This document shows, one piece after another, positions 44,437 through 55,260 of a stretch of DNA of 64,000 nucleotides. The notes under the pieces are model-generated. The model saw nothing but the letters and a program-made list of their open reading frames with translations, made no database searches and was not told the origin of the DNA. Numbering within the stretch: the stretch's first letter is position 1; every line of letters starts with the position of its first letter. Origin of the DNA: Candidatus Latescibacterota bacterium (GTDB lineage Bacteria > Latescibacterota > UBA2968 > UBA8231); the NCBI GenBank assembly GCA_965208105.1, contig OZ242318.1, positions 4,544,001 through 4,608,000 of the forward strand, given 5' to 3'. A program made the translations under genes and the position numbers.

Positions 44437-47067
44437 GTGAAACGGGTTGTTCTACCCTTGTTGCTCTTCGGCTTGTCCGCCGGTGCTTTCGCCTCGGAGA
44501 AAGACTATGGTGTTTTACTCCAGCGACCCGCGATGAAAGCCTACCGCAACTACGCCGAATACTCCTACCGGAATTACCGCTCCGCTCTCCGCGTAAACCC
44601 GCGCTACAGCTTTCTGGGCGATTTTCTTGCCGAAGGATTTCGCGCTTTCAGACTCGACGACCAGCGTCCCGGCAGGAGTCTCCTCTCCAAGGACGGGGTC
44701 TACCGGGGCATGTTCGGAAACCTGCTCATTGCGCGCAACTCCTACGGGCGCCTCAACCTGGCCCTGACCGTCGGCGACGATGTGCGCACCCACCTGACCC
44801 CCCTGACCATGCAGCGGGCCAGTTTCAATGGTCTGCGCTGGGAGATCGAGTTCGCCAACAACCGGGTAACCCTGCTCAGCACTCGCGGCTACGACAACTC
44901 GGAGTTTCCGGCTTTCCCCAGCTTTTCTACTCCCATCGATGACAATTTCACCGACTTCCGGGGAGATCTGGAGCAGGAGTTCATTATCGAGGAAGACGAT
45001 CCGGTCTACACTTTCGGGGGCCACTGGGAAACCCAGGCGGGGGACGTGCTGACCCTGGGGATGACCTTTCTCAACCAGCAGCAGATCAACACCGGGGCGC
45101 TGCGCCAGGACAGCTTTGTGGCCGGCAGCGTGCCCTATCCCGAGATGTTGTCGCCTGAGAAACTGATGCTGCGCATCACCGACGACTCCCCCGGCAGTAG
45201 GGACCATGGCGCCACCATATTTACCGCCTTTCTGGAAATGGAGGGGAGCGTGGGTGGAGAGAACACCACGATCAGCAGCGATCCTCGCAGCCCCCATTTC
45301 GACGAATCGCTGCAGCCAAAGACGGAAGGGGTGGTGAAGGAGAATGGAAGGTGGGACATTCGCGGCGACGAGGAACTTATAATTACTTTCGAGCTGCCGG
45401 AAGGCAGCACCTCCAGGCGCGCCCGCTTCATCGTGTCCGCGGCCAACGACTATCGCATCGCCGCGGCGCAGGAGCACATATTCTATCTGGACTTAAGCTC
45501 GCGCACGACTCCCTTCATGACCCTGCGCCGCGCCTCAGGCGAGGTGAGCGACGGCTCCAACTTCCGGGAGCTGGTGATCGACTACGGTCTCAACAGCGGC
45601 CAGATCCTCTACGGTATGGACTTCGCCGCCGACCTGGCGGGCCTCAAGCTGCGCGGCGAGGTGTCGAAAAACACCCTCTACCGCAAGTACCCGATCATAT
45701 CCGGCCGCAGCCTGCGCCGCGATACCGGGGCCTGGTACCTGCAGGCGGTAAGGACCTTTCCGCGCCTGCGCCGGCTTTCCCTGGGCGCCGAGTTCTTCCA
45801 CGTCGGCCCGCGCTACGGCGGCGGCTACGACAGCCGCCGCGGCGGTGTGGTGCTCTACACGGATTTTGGCGGGGAGGGCATCGATCCTGTAACGGCCGAG
45901 TTTCCCCTGGTGGACGACAACGACGACAACGACCGCTACTCCGACGACAACAAAAACGATTTTCCCGGGTCCTTCGACCTGGAGTCGGGGGTCTACCCGG
46001 GGCTCGACGAAGACAACGACAACATCCCCGACGACGACCGCAACGCCAACGGCATTCCCGATTTCGAGGAGCCCTTTCTGCTCTACCATTCCGACCCCCA
46101 GGAGTTCGTCTATGGCCTGGATTTGAACAACAACGGGGTCATCGACGTGCGCGAGAACGACAACAAGCCCGACTATCCCTACGACCGCGACCGCCGCGGC
46201 CGCCACTACACCGTGGCCGCGCAGCCTTTGCCGCAGCTGGAGGTGGGGGCGGGTCACTACCGCATCCGCGCGTTGGCCGACCCCGGGCGCACCGTCTCCA
46301 CCTACCTGCGCGCCGCCTACTCTTACGCCCACCCCGAGAAGCTGGAGATCGAGCTCAACCACGACTCCAAGCGGGTCAGGGACACTATTCCCGATTCGGT
46401 CTACGTCTTCGATCCGGCCCGCATCGTGACGCCCCTGGAACCGCCGGACCCCGATCCCCTGCTGCAACAGAACAGTTGGGTGCACACCTCCTTTGCCGGG
46501 GTGCGCTGGAGCCGCTGGGCGCCGCTCTACCTGGAGGCCAATTTCAAACAGGTCCTCAACCGCCTGTTCGACCTGGGCCACACGCGGGTGTCGGAGCGCG
46601 ACCGCCGGGTGACCCGGACCATGGTCAACAAGGTGGACTACCGGATGGAGTGGGGCCGCTTCACGGTGATGCCCATGTACAAGCGCCTGTGGCGCCGGGT
46701 GGATCTGGACTCCCGGGAGGGTGCGGCGGTGTGGGAGGTGCAGTCGGCGCCGATGCTGCGGGTGGACTACCGGGTGAGCGGAGACATGAAGGTGCAGATG
46801 GGCCAGCAGGGGCTGCGGCTTCCCTTTGCGGGCATGGACCGTGTGCTGGCGTTTCACCTGGACGACCAGGTGCGGCGCTATCGCAGCTACACCTCCACCG
46901 ACTTCATGTTCATGCTCACGTTGAAGGGCAGCTACCTGGGCAACGTGCTGACGACCAACTCGGGGATTCAACTGCACAGCCGCCGGTTCGACCAGATCGG
47001 GGCGGGGTCGGATCTCAAGTTCACCCGCTTCTTCGTGGAAGTGGTGGCCGGATTCGAGCATTTCTGA
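44437..47067 (+). CDS. Large outer-membrane-type protein with Asp/Asn-rich Ca-binding-like repeats
   Basis: GTG start with signal peptide; family motifs shared with 1245..4214; ends FFVEVVAGFEHF. Confidence 0.72.
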   Translation: MKRVVLPLLLFGLSAGAFASEKDYGVLLQRPAMKAYRNYAEYSYRNYRSALRVNPRYSFLGDFLAEGFRAFRLDDQRPGRSLLSKDGVYRGMFGNLLIARNSYGRLNLALTVGDDVRTHLTPLTMQRASFNGLRWEIEFANNRVTLLSTRGYDNSEFPAFPSFSTPIDDNFTDFRGDLEQEFIIEEDDPVYTFGGHWETQAGDVLTLGMTFLNQQQINTGALRQDSFVAGSVPYPEMLSPEKLMLRITDDSPGSRDHGATIFTAFLEMEGSVGGENTTISSDPRSPHFDESLQPKTEGVVKENGRWDIRGDEELIITFELPEGSTSRRARFIVSAANDYRIAAAQEHIFYLDLSSRTTPFMTLRRASGEVSDGSNFRELVIDYGLNSGQILYGMDFAADLAGLKLRGEVSKNTLYRKYPIISGRSLRRDTGAWYLQAVRTFPRLRRLSLGAEFFHVGPRYGGGYDSRRGGVVLYTDFGGEGIDPVTAEFPLVDDNDDNDRYSDDNKNDFPGSFDLESGVYPGLDEDNDNIPDDDRNANGIPDFEEPFLLYHSDPQEFVYGLDLNNNGVIDVRENDNKPDYPYDRDRRGRHYTVAAQPLPQLEVGAGHYRIRALADPGRTVSTYLRAAYSYAHPEKLEIELNHDSKRVRDTIPDSVYVFDPARIVTPLEPPDPDPLLQQNSWVHTSFAGVRWSRWAPLYLEANFKQVLNRLFDLGHTRVSERDRRVTRTMVNKVDYRMEWGRFTVMPMYKRLWRRVDLDSREGAAVWEVQSAPMLRVDYRVSGDMKVQMGQQGLRLPFAGMDRVLAFHLDDQVRRYRSYTSTDFMFMLTLKGSYLGNVLTTNSGIQLHSRRFDQIGAGSDLKFTRFFVEVVAGFEHF

Positions 47068-47082
47068 GCGGAGCGTTCTTCC

Positions 47083-50000
47083 ATGACTCTCATAGCCATG
47101 TTTTCGGTTTTCCTGGTAACCGTCGGGGTCAGCCTCCTGGAGGACTCGCCGCGGGAGCTGGGCAACCGCTTCAAGCGCGCCCAAAAATTAATGGTGATGG
47201 GGGACTTCGACACTTCCATCGCCGCCTACGAGCAGCTCATGGAGACCCCCGGCTCGGCCCTGCTGCGAGCGGACCGGGTGGAGGTAGAGGTGGGTGAGGA
47301 GGTGCTGCCCCTCAAGGTGGCCGCCGCCTACCAGGTGGCCAGCAGCTACCGCCGCCGGGCAGAGGAGCAGTTGCAGGTCTACCGGGACAGCGCCGTTGTG
47401 CCCCGGTTCGAGGACCTGCACACCGCGGCCCGTTTCTACCGGATCCTGGCGGACGAGGAGAGCACCCCTGAAACTCTGCGCCAGCGGGCCGCTTTTCAGG
47501 TGGGCAGTTGCTATTTCAAGAACCAGGATTACGTCGAGGCCATAGCCGCATTCGACTGGTTCGTCCAGGCGTTTCCTTCCAGCGAGTACCGTCTCCAGGC
47601 GAGCTACCACACCGCCTGGGCCCTCTTCCACACCGAGCAATGGGAACGGGCGGGGGCGGAGTTTCGCGCCGTGGCCTCCCAGGTCCCAGGCACCGACCGG
47701 GGTCTCAGGTCCCTGTTCCAGTCGGGAGAAGCCGAGGAAAGAATGGGTCGTTTCGAGCGCTCGGTGCGGGCTTTTGAGGAGATCGCCGCCTTTTACGACG
47801 AGGGCGAGTACGGAGCGGGCCTCCGCCGCGACGAGCTCATGCGCGCCCTGCGCGAAAAGCTCCCGGTCACTCGCCGCGAGCTCATCGGCAAGGGGCACAT
47901 GCGCACCGGGGACGCCTATCGCCATCTCGACTCCCTCGCCGCCGCTGCGCACTGGTACCGGCTGACCGCGCGCCGATTTCCCACCGACGCGCAACTGCTC
48001 AAGGACGCCTATCTGCGCCTGGCCGAGATGGATGCCGACGCCGGGCGCGTGGACGAGGCCCTGGCGGCCTACCGCACCGCCCTGGAGGAGGTGATGGATC
48101 CATTCTTCCGCGCCCTGGTCCAGGCCGAGATGATGGCTCTGGCCTTCGCATCGGAGCGCTATCTCGAAGCCGCGCAGATGTATGGATTCTACATAGATGC
48201 CTTCGGCTCCTATGCCGAAGAGGTAGGCGTTCCCGTCGACCGGGCACGACTGCTCAAGGCGGAGTCCCTGCGCCTCGCCGCCCAGGATACGGCAGACCCG
48301 GCCTCCTCCGACTCCCTCCACGCACGCTCTCTTGAAGTCTATCACGGCCTGTTGCAGAGCACCCGGGTGGACAGCCTGGCGGCAGAGGCGTTGCTGGGTG
48401 CCGGAATCTGCCTGCAAAGTCTCGACCGTCCCGGCGCCGCGCGAGAGCACTACGAGAGGCTCACCGGCGAATACGGCGCAACCCGGGTGGCCATGTGGGG
48501 AAGGCTGCACCTGGCGCGCCTCTATGCCGAGGAAGGAGCCAGGGCCAAGGCGCTGCGCCACTACGAGGACCTGGCGGCCGGCGGCGACGGGGAGCTGCGC
48601 GACCTCGCTCGCATGGAGCTGGCCGTGCTTCTGGAGGGGGAGGGGCAGAGCGACCGGGCCTTGGAGCTGCTTTCCCGGATAGGGCCCGAGTCCGCGGAGT
48701 TCGGCCGCGCTCAGATGGTATTGGCCCGCCTGCTCACTGTCCGCGAGCGTTGGGCCGAGGCGCGCCGGGTGGTCCACCACGCCCTCGACCGGGCCGTGGA
48801 CCCGTCGGTCCGGGCCCAGTTGAGCTACTCCCGTGCCGAAATCGCCTTCGAGGCAGCCCAGTACGACTCGGTAATCCGCATCCTGGCCGCATTGGATACC
48901 ACCCGGCTGCAGCAGCCTTTTGACCACGACCGCCTCTACCTGCGCGGCGTCGCGCGCTACCAGACCGGAGCATACGCCCGGGCATTGGACGACCTTCGCG
49001 CCTACCTTGCCGGTGATGCGGCGCTGCGGGCGCAGACCATTCAGACCATCGCCCTGTGCCTGGGGCAACTGCTGGAGGCGGAGCAGGCCGCGGAGCAACT
49101 GGTCCGGTGGGGCGCCGAGGCGACGGACCCCGGTGAGGGCGGCGAATGGACCATGGGCCTGGCGCGGTTTCTCCACCGCCGGAAAGACTACGACCGCGCC
49201 CTCGAGGTGCTGCAGGGGCTGGATAGCGAAAACGACCTCCAGGCCCACCGCGCCCGCCTCGTGGAGGGCGAAATTCTGCTGGCGCAGCAACGCTGGGACG
49301 CCGCTCGCACGGTCCTGGCGCAGATCCAACCCGACCCCCTCTCGCCCGGCGACCGCTCGCACCGCCTCTACCTGATGGGGATCGCCGCCATGAACGGGGA
49401 GGACTACGAGGGGGCGGTTTTCAGCTTTCAGGCCTTGCTGGCGCTCCGCACTCAGGGCGATCTTTCCCGCCAGGCCGCCCTCTACCTTGGCCAGAGTTAC
49501 TACACCCTGGGAAAGTACCCCCGCGCCGCTGCGGTCTTCGAGGATCTTGCGGAGCGCTTTCCTGCTCACCCGGACGGCCACGAAGCGGCCTACCTGGCCG
49601 GGGACAACTATTACCTGCTCGGGGACTACGAGCGGGCATCCCGGGCCTACCAGAGAGTACTTCTGGGCCCGCGCCTTCCCGAGGCTATGCTCGCCCTGGC
49701 CTGGTGCCATCTGCACAGAGAGGACGCCGCGGCCATGGAGCAGGCCCTGAAACTCCTGCAGGAGCGCTTCCCCCAAAGTCCTCTGGCCCCTCGGGCGGCC
49801 ATGATGTTCGCCGATTACCACTACAACCGCGCAGACTACAAGCGCGCCAGCCAGGCCTACGAGAGCCTGAGGCGGCGCTATCCCCAAAGCCCGGAAGCCG
49901 GGCGCTCGTCGCGGCTGCTGGTGGATCTGGCCGACCTGGAAGCCGATCGCCTCTACCAGGAGGCCATGGCCGCCTTCGACGGCGGCGACTACGAGGGCGC

Positions 50001-50223
50001 CCGTCGGCAGCTGGAGGCGGTGGCGCAGCGTTTTCCCGGCACCCTGTCGGAGATGGCGGCGCGCTGCAACATCGGGGTGTGCTACGAGAAGACGGGACAG
50101 TGGCGCCGGGCCGCCGCCGTCTACGACAGCCTGCTGCAGAGGGGGGAGGCCGATCCGCAGTACGGCGCCATGCTGCGCTTTGCGCGGGAGCACCGCGACT
50201 GGATTCGCGACTACCGACTCTAA
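47083..50223 (+). CDS. Large tetratricopeptide-repeat protein (BamD/CpoB-like repeats)
   Basis: N-terminal hydrophobic segment; many A..Y..A...F..L...FP repeats. Confidence 0.8.
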   Translation: MTLIAMFSVFLVTVGVSLLEDSPRELGNRFKRAQKLMVMGDFDTSIAAYEQLMETPGSALLRADRVEVEVGEEVLPLKVAAAYQVASSYRRRAEEQLQVYRDSAVVPRFEDLHTAARFYRILADEESTPETLRQRAAFQVGSCYFKNQDYVEAIAAFDWFVQAFPSSEYRLQASYHTAWALFHTEQWERAGAEFRAVASQVPGTDRGLRSLFQSGEAEERMGRFERSVRAFEEIAAFYDEGEYGAGLRRDELMRALREKLPVTRRELIGKGHMRTGDAYRHLDSLAAAAHWYRLTARRFPTDAQLLKDAYLRLAEMDADAGRVDEALAAYRTALEEVMDPFFRALVQAEMMALAFASERYLEAAQMYGFYIDAFGSYAEEVGVPVDRARLLKAESLRLAAQDTADPASSDSLHARSLEVYHGLLQSTRVDSLAAEALLGAGICLQSLDRPGAAREHYERLTGEYGATRVAMWGRLHLARLYAEEGARAKALRHYEDLAAGGDGELRDLARMELAVLLEGEGQSDRALELLSRIGPESAEFGRAQMVLARLLTVRERWAEARRVVHHALDRAVDPSVRAQLSYSRAEIAFEAAQYDSVIRILAALDTTRLQQPFDHDRLYLRGVARYQTGAYARALDDLRAYLAGDAALRAQTIQTIALCLGQLLEAEQAAEQLVRWGAEATDPGEGGEWTMGLARFLHRRKDYDRALEVLQGLDSENDLQAHRARLVEGEILLAQQRWDAARTVLAQIQPDPLSPGDRSHRLYLMGIAAMNGEDYEGAVFSFQALLALRTQGDLSRQAALYLGQSYYTLGKYPRAAAVFEDLAERFPAHPDGHEAAYLAGDNYYLLGDYERASRAYQRVLLGPRLPEAMLALAWCHLHREDAAAMEQALKLLQERFPQSPLAPRAAMMFADYHYNRADYKRASQAYESLRRRYPQSPEAGRSSRLLVDLADLEADRLYQEAMAAFDGGDYEGARRQLEAVAQRFPGTLSEMAARCNIGVCYEKTGQWRRAAAVYDSLLQRGEADPQYGAMLRFAREHRDWIRDYRL

Positions 50224-50250
50224 CCCGCCGATCAGGCGAGGAGATACTTC

Positions 50251-50907
50251 ATGGGCATAGATTCCTTCCTTCTCGATCAGTTTGACAAGGGCGGTCCGCT
50301 GATGTGGCCCCTGGCGCTGTGCTCGCTGACGGCGCTCACCGTCGGTCTGGAGCGCCTGTGGGTGCTGCTGCGGGTCCCGGGGGACGAGGGCGCCCGCGCC
50401 GAAATGGAGGCGGTTCTGGCGCGGAAGGAGGAACTGGACGGGGCCGACCTTTTGGCCCACCTGCTTCAGCGCAAGGGGGTGCTGGCGGCGGTCTACGCCG
50501 CGGTGCAGCGCAAGTATCTGGCGCTTTTGGAGGAGGGCCAGGGAGCGGCGGAGCAGCGCGCCGAGCTGGGTCGGGAGGCCAACGCGGCCTGCCGCGAGTA
50601 TCTGGGCCAGTTTCTTCCGGTTCTGAGCACGATTGGCAGCATCGCTCCGCTGTTGGGTCTTCTGGGCACGATCACGGGGATGATCAAGGCCTTTGCGGCC
50701 ATCGCCACGGCGGGGGTGGGGGATCCGAGCCAGGTGGCCGACGGCATCTCGGAGGCGCTGATCACCACGGCGACGGGTCTGATCATCGCGATCCCGGTGA
50801 TCGTGCTGCACCGCTACCTGGCGCTGCGCGCCGGCCGCGTCATGCGGCGCCTGGAGCTCTACACCCAGGCGCTGGGCCGCGCCCTGGTGGAGGAGGAACG
50901 CCGGTGA
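50251..50907 (+). CDS. exbB: MotA/TolQ/ExbB proton channel protein
   Basis: GGPLMWPL, IAPLLGLLGTITGMIKAF, GISEALITTATGLIIAIP. Confidence 0.88.
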   Translation: MGIDSFLLDQFDKGGPLMWPLALCSLTALTVGLERLWVLLRVPGDEGARAEMEAVLARKEELDGADLLAHLLQRKGVLAAVYAAVQRKYLALLEEGQGAAEQRAELGREANAACREYLGQFLPVLSTIGSIAPLLGLLGTITGMIKAFAAIATAGVGDPSQVADGISEALITTATGLIIAIPVIVLHRYLALRAGRVMRRLELYTQALGRALVEEERR

Positions 50908-51335
50908 ACATCTACGACGAAGCCGGGGCCCCCGGCTTCGACCAATCCGACCATCCGGACCTGACGCCCTTGATCGACTGCGTCATGCTGCTGTTGGTGT
51001 TCTTCATGATCACCACGGCCTTCTACGCTTTGCGCGGGCTCGAGGTGGTGATGCCGCCGGTGTCGGCCACCGCGGCCGCGCCGGAGGTCGACCGCGACGT
51101 CAACGTCTACATCGGCCCCTCGGGGGCCATCCAGGTACGCGGCTCCACGGTGGAGCCGGCCCAGTTGGCCGAGGTCTTCAAGGAGGCGGCCGGCGAGGGC
51201 GGCCGGGCCCTGGTGCTGGAGGCGGCGCCCCAGGTCGAGCACGAGCGCGTCGTCCTGGTGATGGACCTGGCGCGCCAAGCGGGGATCCGCGAGGTGATCT
51301 TCGCCCGCATGGAGGAGGAGGGCCATGGACCCTGA
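50904..51335 (+). CDS. exbD: ExbD/TolR biopolymer transport protein 1
   Basis: GTG overlaps the exbB stop; DLTPLIDCVMLLLVFFMITT. Confidence 0.85.
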   Translation: MNIYDEAGAPGFDQSDHPDLTPLIDCVMLLLVFFMITTAFYALRGLEVVMPPVSATAAAPEVDRDVNVYIGPSGAIQVRGSTVEPAQLAEVFKEAAGEGGRALVLEAAPQVEHERVVLVMDLARQAGIREVIFARMEEEGHGP

Positions 51336-51750
51336 AGGCGAACTTTTCTGGGACGAGATCAAGCCGGACCTCACTCCTCTGATCGACGGGGTGTTTCTGC
51401 TTTTGATTTTCTTCATGGTGACCACCATCTTCGCCCGGCCCATCAGCCTCGAGGTGGAGCTGCCGGCGGCGGCCGATCCGGCCGACGTGAAGGCGCAGCA
51501 CGTCAAGCTCTACGTCACCGACAAGGGGCAGTTGGACCTGGAAGGAGAAAAGATCGACGCGGCAGGGCTGGAAGAGGCGCTGCGGCCCTACGTGGGCGAG
51601 GGCCGGGAAATCAGGCTGACCATTCTGGCCGACCGCCGCACCCCCCACGGCCATACCCTGGAGGCCATGGAGGCGGCGCAGCGCGCCGGGATCCACCGGG
51701 TCTACCTGGCCACCAGGACTCGCAACCCGGGAGAAGGGAGCGCACCGTGA
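51325..51750 (+). CDS. exbD: ExbD/TolR biopolymer transport protein 2
   Basis: DLTPLIDGVFLLLIFFMVTT, VELP, ILADRR. Confidence 0.85.
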   Translation: MDPEGELFWDEIKPDLTPLIDGVFLLLIFFMVTTIFARPISLEVELPAAADPADVKAQHVKLYVTDKGQLDLEGEKIDAAGLEEALRPYVGEGREIRLTILADRRTPHGHTLEAMEAAQRAGIHRVYLATRTRNPGEGSAP

Positions 51751-52481
51751 CCAGGTGGATCCCTGCCGTGATGGCGGCGTGGCTGGTGGCCGCCGGCTGC
51801 GGTCTCCTGCCGGTGCCCAGGTCCCACCTGGTGCGCTTCGCCTTCGTGCCCGGGGAGAGGGCGGCCTACTCCCTCGATGCGGCCGACAGCGCCGCGGTCT
51901 ATCGCACCGAGGGCCTGGTCGTCAAGGTGAGCTACCGCTCGAAGCAGGCCCTCAACCTGGAGTATCCCGACGCCCGCGAGGGCCGGGTCAATCTCAACCC
52001 CTTCACCTACGGCACCCGCATGGACAACGATCTGGGCTACGCCCCGGACCGTTTCACCGTCTTCGAGGTGGACCTCAACAACATCGGCCGGCCGCGGGTC
52101 CAGTTTGCCGCGCGGGACGCCGAGCTGGTCACCGACCGCGGCGACCGGCTGCGTCCCTGGGGCACGCAGAAGGGGGAGGCGGTGCACACCTTCGAGGAGT
52201 ATTACCGCGCCCGGCGCGGCCCGGGGGGCAACGACCAGCAGTGGTACCGGCAGCGTCTGGCCATCGTGGAGAAATCGCTCTACCGCGGTGACGGGCCGTT
52301 GTTCAAGGGGCAGCGGCAGCGCGGCAAGCTGGTGTTCGGCCTTTTGCACCCGGAGGTGGCCTCGGTGCGCCTGCACCTGCGCGAGGTGGTCCTGGCCTTC
52401 GACGAGCACGGGCTGCCCACCGAGCGCATCGATCTGGAGTTTCCCTTCGAGATCAGCGTCGAGGTCGAGGAGCTGGAGTGA
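51747..52481 (+). CDS. Lipoprotein of unknown function
   Basis: VAAGC lipobox; translationally coupled to exbD2 (GTGA). Confidence 0.65.
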   Translation: MTRWIPAVMAAWLVAAGCGLLPVPRSHLVRFAFVPGERAAYSLDAADSAAVYRTEGLVVKVSYRSKQALNLEYPDAREGRVNLNPFTYGTRMDNDLGYAPDRFTVFEVDLNNIGRPRVQFAARDAELVTDRGDRLRPWGTQKGEAVHTFEEYYRARRGPGGNDQQWYRQRLAIVEKSLYRGDGPLFKGQRQRGKLVFGLLHPEVASVRLHLREVVLAFDEHGLPTERIDLEFPFEISVEVEELE

Positions 52482-52492
52482 GTCGGGAAGCA

Positions 52493-55145
52493 ATGGCAAC
52501 TGAAGCAATCATCGGAAAAACGTTGCGCCGAAGCGGTCTTGCCCTGGGGGTGGCCCTGTTGGCGCCGGCCGCCCTGCAGGGAGGCGAGGATCCCCATGCG
52601 CCCCAATTTCTCCAGCGTCCCGCGGCCCATGCCTACGCCAACTACGCGGAGACCCCGTTCAAGCCCTACCGAGCCCGCCTCCGTTACGATCCACGCTACA
52701 ATTTCTTCGGTGAGTACCTGGGGGAAGGATATCGTCCTTTCCTGATGGACGAACGGCGACCGGGCAGAAGTATCGTCACCAAGAACGAGATCTATCGCGC
52801 TACCTTTCAAAATCTCTTGGTTGCCCGCAGCTCCTACAACACTATCAGCGCCGCACTCACCGTGGGCGACGAGATCCGTCAGACCCTTTCTCCCTTGACC
52901 ATGCAGCGCACCGCCTTCAACGGGGTGCGCTGGGAGATTCACTCGCCCGCCCACCGTCTCACCCTGCTGGCCTCGCGCGGCTTCGAGAACAAGGATTTCC
53001 CCGGGTTTTACACCTTCTCAACCCCGGTCAGCGTCGATCCGCTGAGGTACAACTACGACCTGCGCCAGACCAGCGACCTCACCGTAATCGAGAACAACCC
53101 GGTCTATACCTTCGGGGGACACTGGGAAACGGAGATTGCCGGCGCTCTCTCTTTCGGGGCCACCTTCGTCAACCAGCAGCAACTCAACAGCGAGGCGGAC
53201 CGCAAGGACGGCTATCTCCGCGGTGGCGTGCCCTTCCCGGAGATTCAACCGCCCGAGTCCATCGTCCTGCGCTTCGCCGACGATTCCCCCGAGGACGGTG
53301 TCGGCGGGGCGGCCCTGTTCCGCGTTGTGATGGACCTGGAAGGCACCTCTGCGGGGGTGGATACCCTGTTGAGCAGCGATCCCCGCAGTCCCCACTACCG
53401 GCCGGAGCTGGAGCCGGTGGTGGCTGGCGGGAGAAGGGTGCGGGACCACCGGGAGGCCAACGGGATGGACGTGATAACCGTCATCTTCCCCCTGCCGCCG
53501 GATGTGACGCCGCGCCGCGCCCTGTTTCGTTTGGTGGTGGCCAACGACTACCGCATCGAGATCCCCGTCACCGGCACCGGCGGAGGACGGGTCTCCAGCC
53601 TTACCCTGCGCCGCGCCCCCGGCAACGTGCGCGACTTCTCCAACCAGACCGAAATCGCGGTGGACCACGGGCTCAATTCGGGGCCAGACCCTCTACGGGG
53701 TCGATTTCAGCGCCGATCTGGTGGGGCTCAAGGTGCGCGGCGAGATCGCCGCCAATACTCTCTACCGCAAATTTCCCGTGCTCGGCGGCCATAACGACGA
53801 CACCCACAGCCGCGCCTGGTACCTGAATCTGATGCGCACTCTGCCCCGTTTCCACCGGCTCCAGGTGGGGGCGGAGTTCTTCCGCATCGGGCCCCGGTAC
53901 GGGGGCGGCTACGACAGCCGCCGAGGCGGGGTGGTGCTCTACCGCGGCAAGGGAAACAGGGTGGCGGAATTTCCCCTGGTGGACGACAACGACGACCGCG
54001 ACCGCTACGCCGATGACAATGTCAATGATTTCTTCGGGGGCCCGGCCAAGGAGGCGGGGGTCTTTCCCGGCCTCGACGAGGACAACGACAATATTCCCGA
54101 CAACGACCGCAACGCCAACGGGGTCCCTGATTTTGAGGAGCCCTTCCTGCTCTACGATTCCGATCCACAGGAGTTCGTCTACGGTCTCGACATGAACAAC
54201 AACGGCGTCATCGACGCCCGCGAGAACGACGACAAGCCGGAATATCCCTACGACCGCGACCGCGAAGGGAAGCACTTAACCGCCGCGGTTCGTCCACTGC
54301 CCGGACTGGAGTTGGGCGCCGGCTACTACCGCCTCCGCGCCATCGCCGCCGGCGGAAGGGCCCTTTCCGCCTACCTGCGCGCCGCCTACCGCCATGACCT
54401 GCCCGGGCATTTCACCCTGGACCTCAACCACGACTCCAAGCGGGTCAAGGATACCATCCCGGATCCCGTGTACCTCTTTCATCCCGGCCGCGTTCCCGAC
54501 CCTCTGGAGCCGCTGGGCGCGCCCGACCCGGATCCACTACTGCAGAAAAACAGCCGGGTCCACACCTCCTTCTTCGGCCTGCGCTACACCCGTTTCGCCC
54601 CGCTCAACCTCGAGACCACGGTGAAGCGCGTTTACAACCGCATGTTCGCTGCGGGGGGCACGGCAGGGTCGGCACCGGACACCCGGGTGGACTACACCAT
54701 GGTGAACAAGGTGGACTACCGCTGGCAGTGGAGGCGCTTCGTCCTGCGTCCCATGTACAAACGGCTGTGGCAGCGCTTGACCCTGGACTCGCACAGGAGG
54801 CCGCTGGTGTGGGAGGTCCGGGCGGCTCCGATCCTGCGTCTGGACTACGTGGTGAGCGACGAAATCATGGTGCAGGTGGGGCAGCAGGGATTTCGGCTGC
54901 CCTTTCTCGGCATCCGCCGCGGTCTTGCCTTCCGCTCCATCGACCGGGTGGAGTCCTTCCGCAGCCATTCCTCTACCGACTTCCTGGCGATGTTGACGAT
55001 CAAATCCACCTATGTGGGCAGCAGCATTGTCGCCAACACCGGTTTTCATCGCCACAAGGCCGAGTTCGACGATCCCCGGGTGGAGGAGAAGCGCAAGTTT
55101 ACCCGGCTCTTCGTCGAGGTGGTCACCGGATTCGAGCGATTTTGA
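52493..55145 (+). pseudogene. Third paralog of the large outer-membrane protein, split by a +1 frameshift at G4 (53680-53683)
   Basis: ORFs 52478..53794 and 53721..55145 match the two halves of 44437..47067. Removing one G restores NSGQTLYGVDF (paralog NSGQILYGMDF). Confidence 0.75.
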
Positions 55146-55260
55146 GTTTGCGGGAAGGGCTTTGTTCCCCGGCTTAAGCGCCGAAGGCGGCCTCGAGGAT
55201 GCGGTCCAGGTCTCACCTCACTGCTTGACATTGTCCATGGCCCCGTGATATCTCTGGGGA

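Noticed and set aside
47188-50811. 1207-aa minus-strand ORF (and similar ones at 1216..4146, 4297..6198, 26102..27970, 56703..58658)
   Set aside because: Antisense or off-frame shadows of real genes, with no recognisable motifs.
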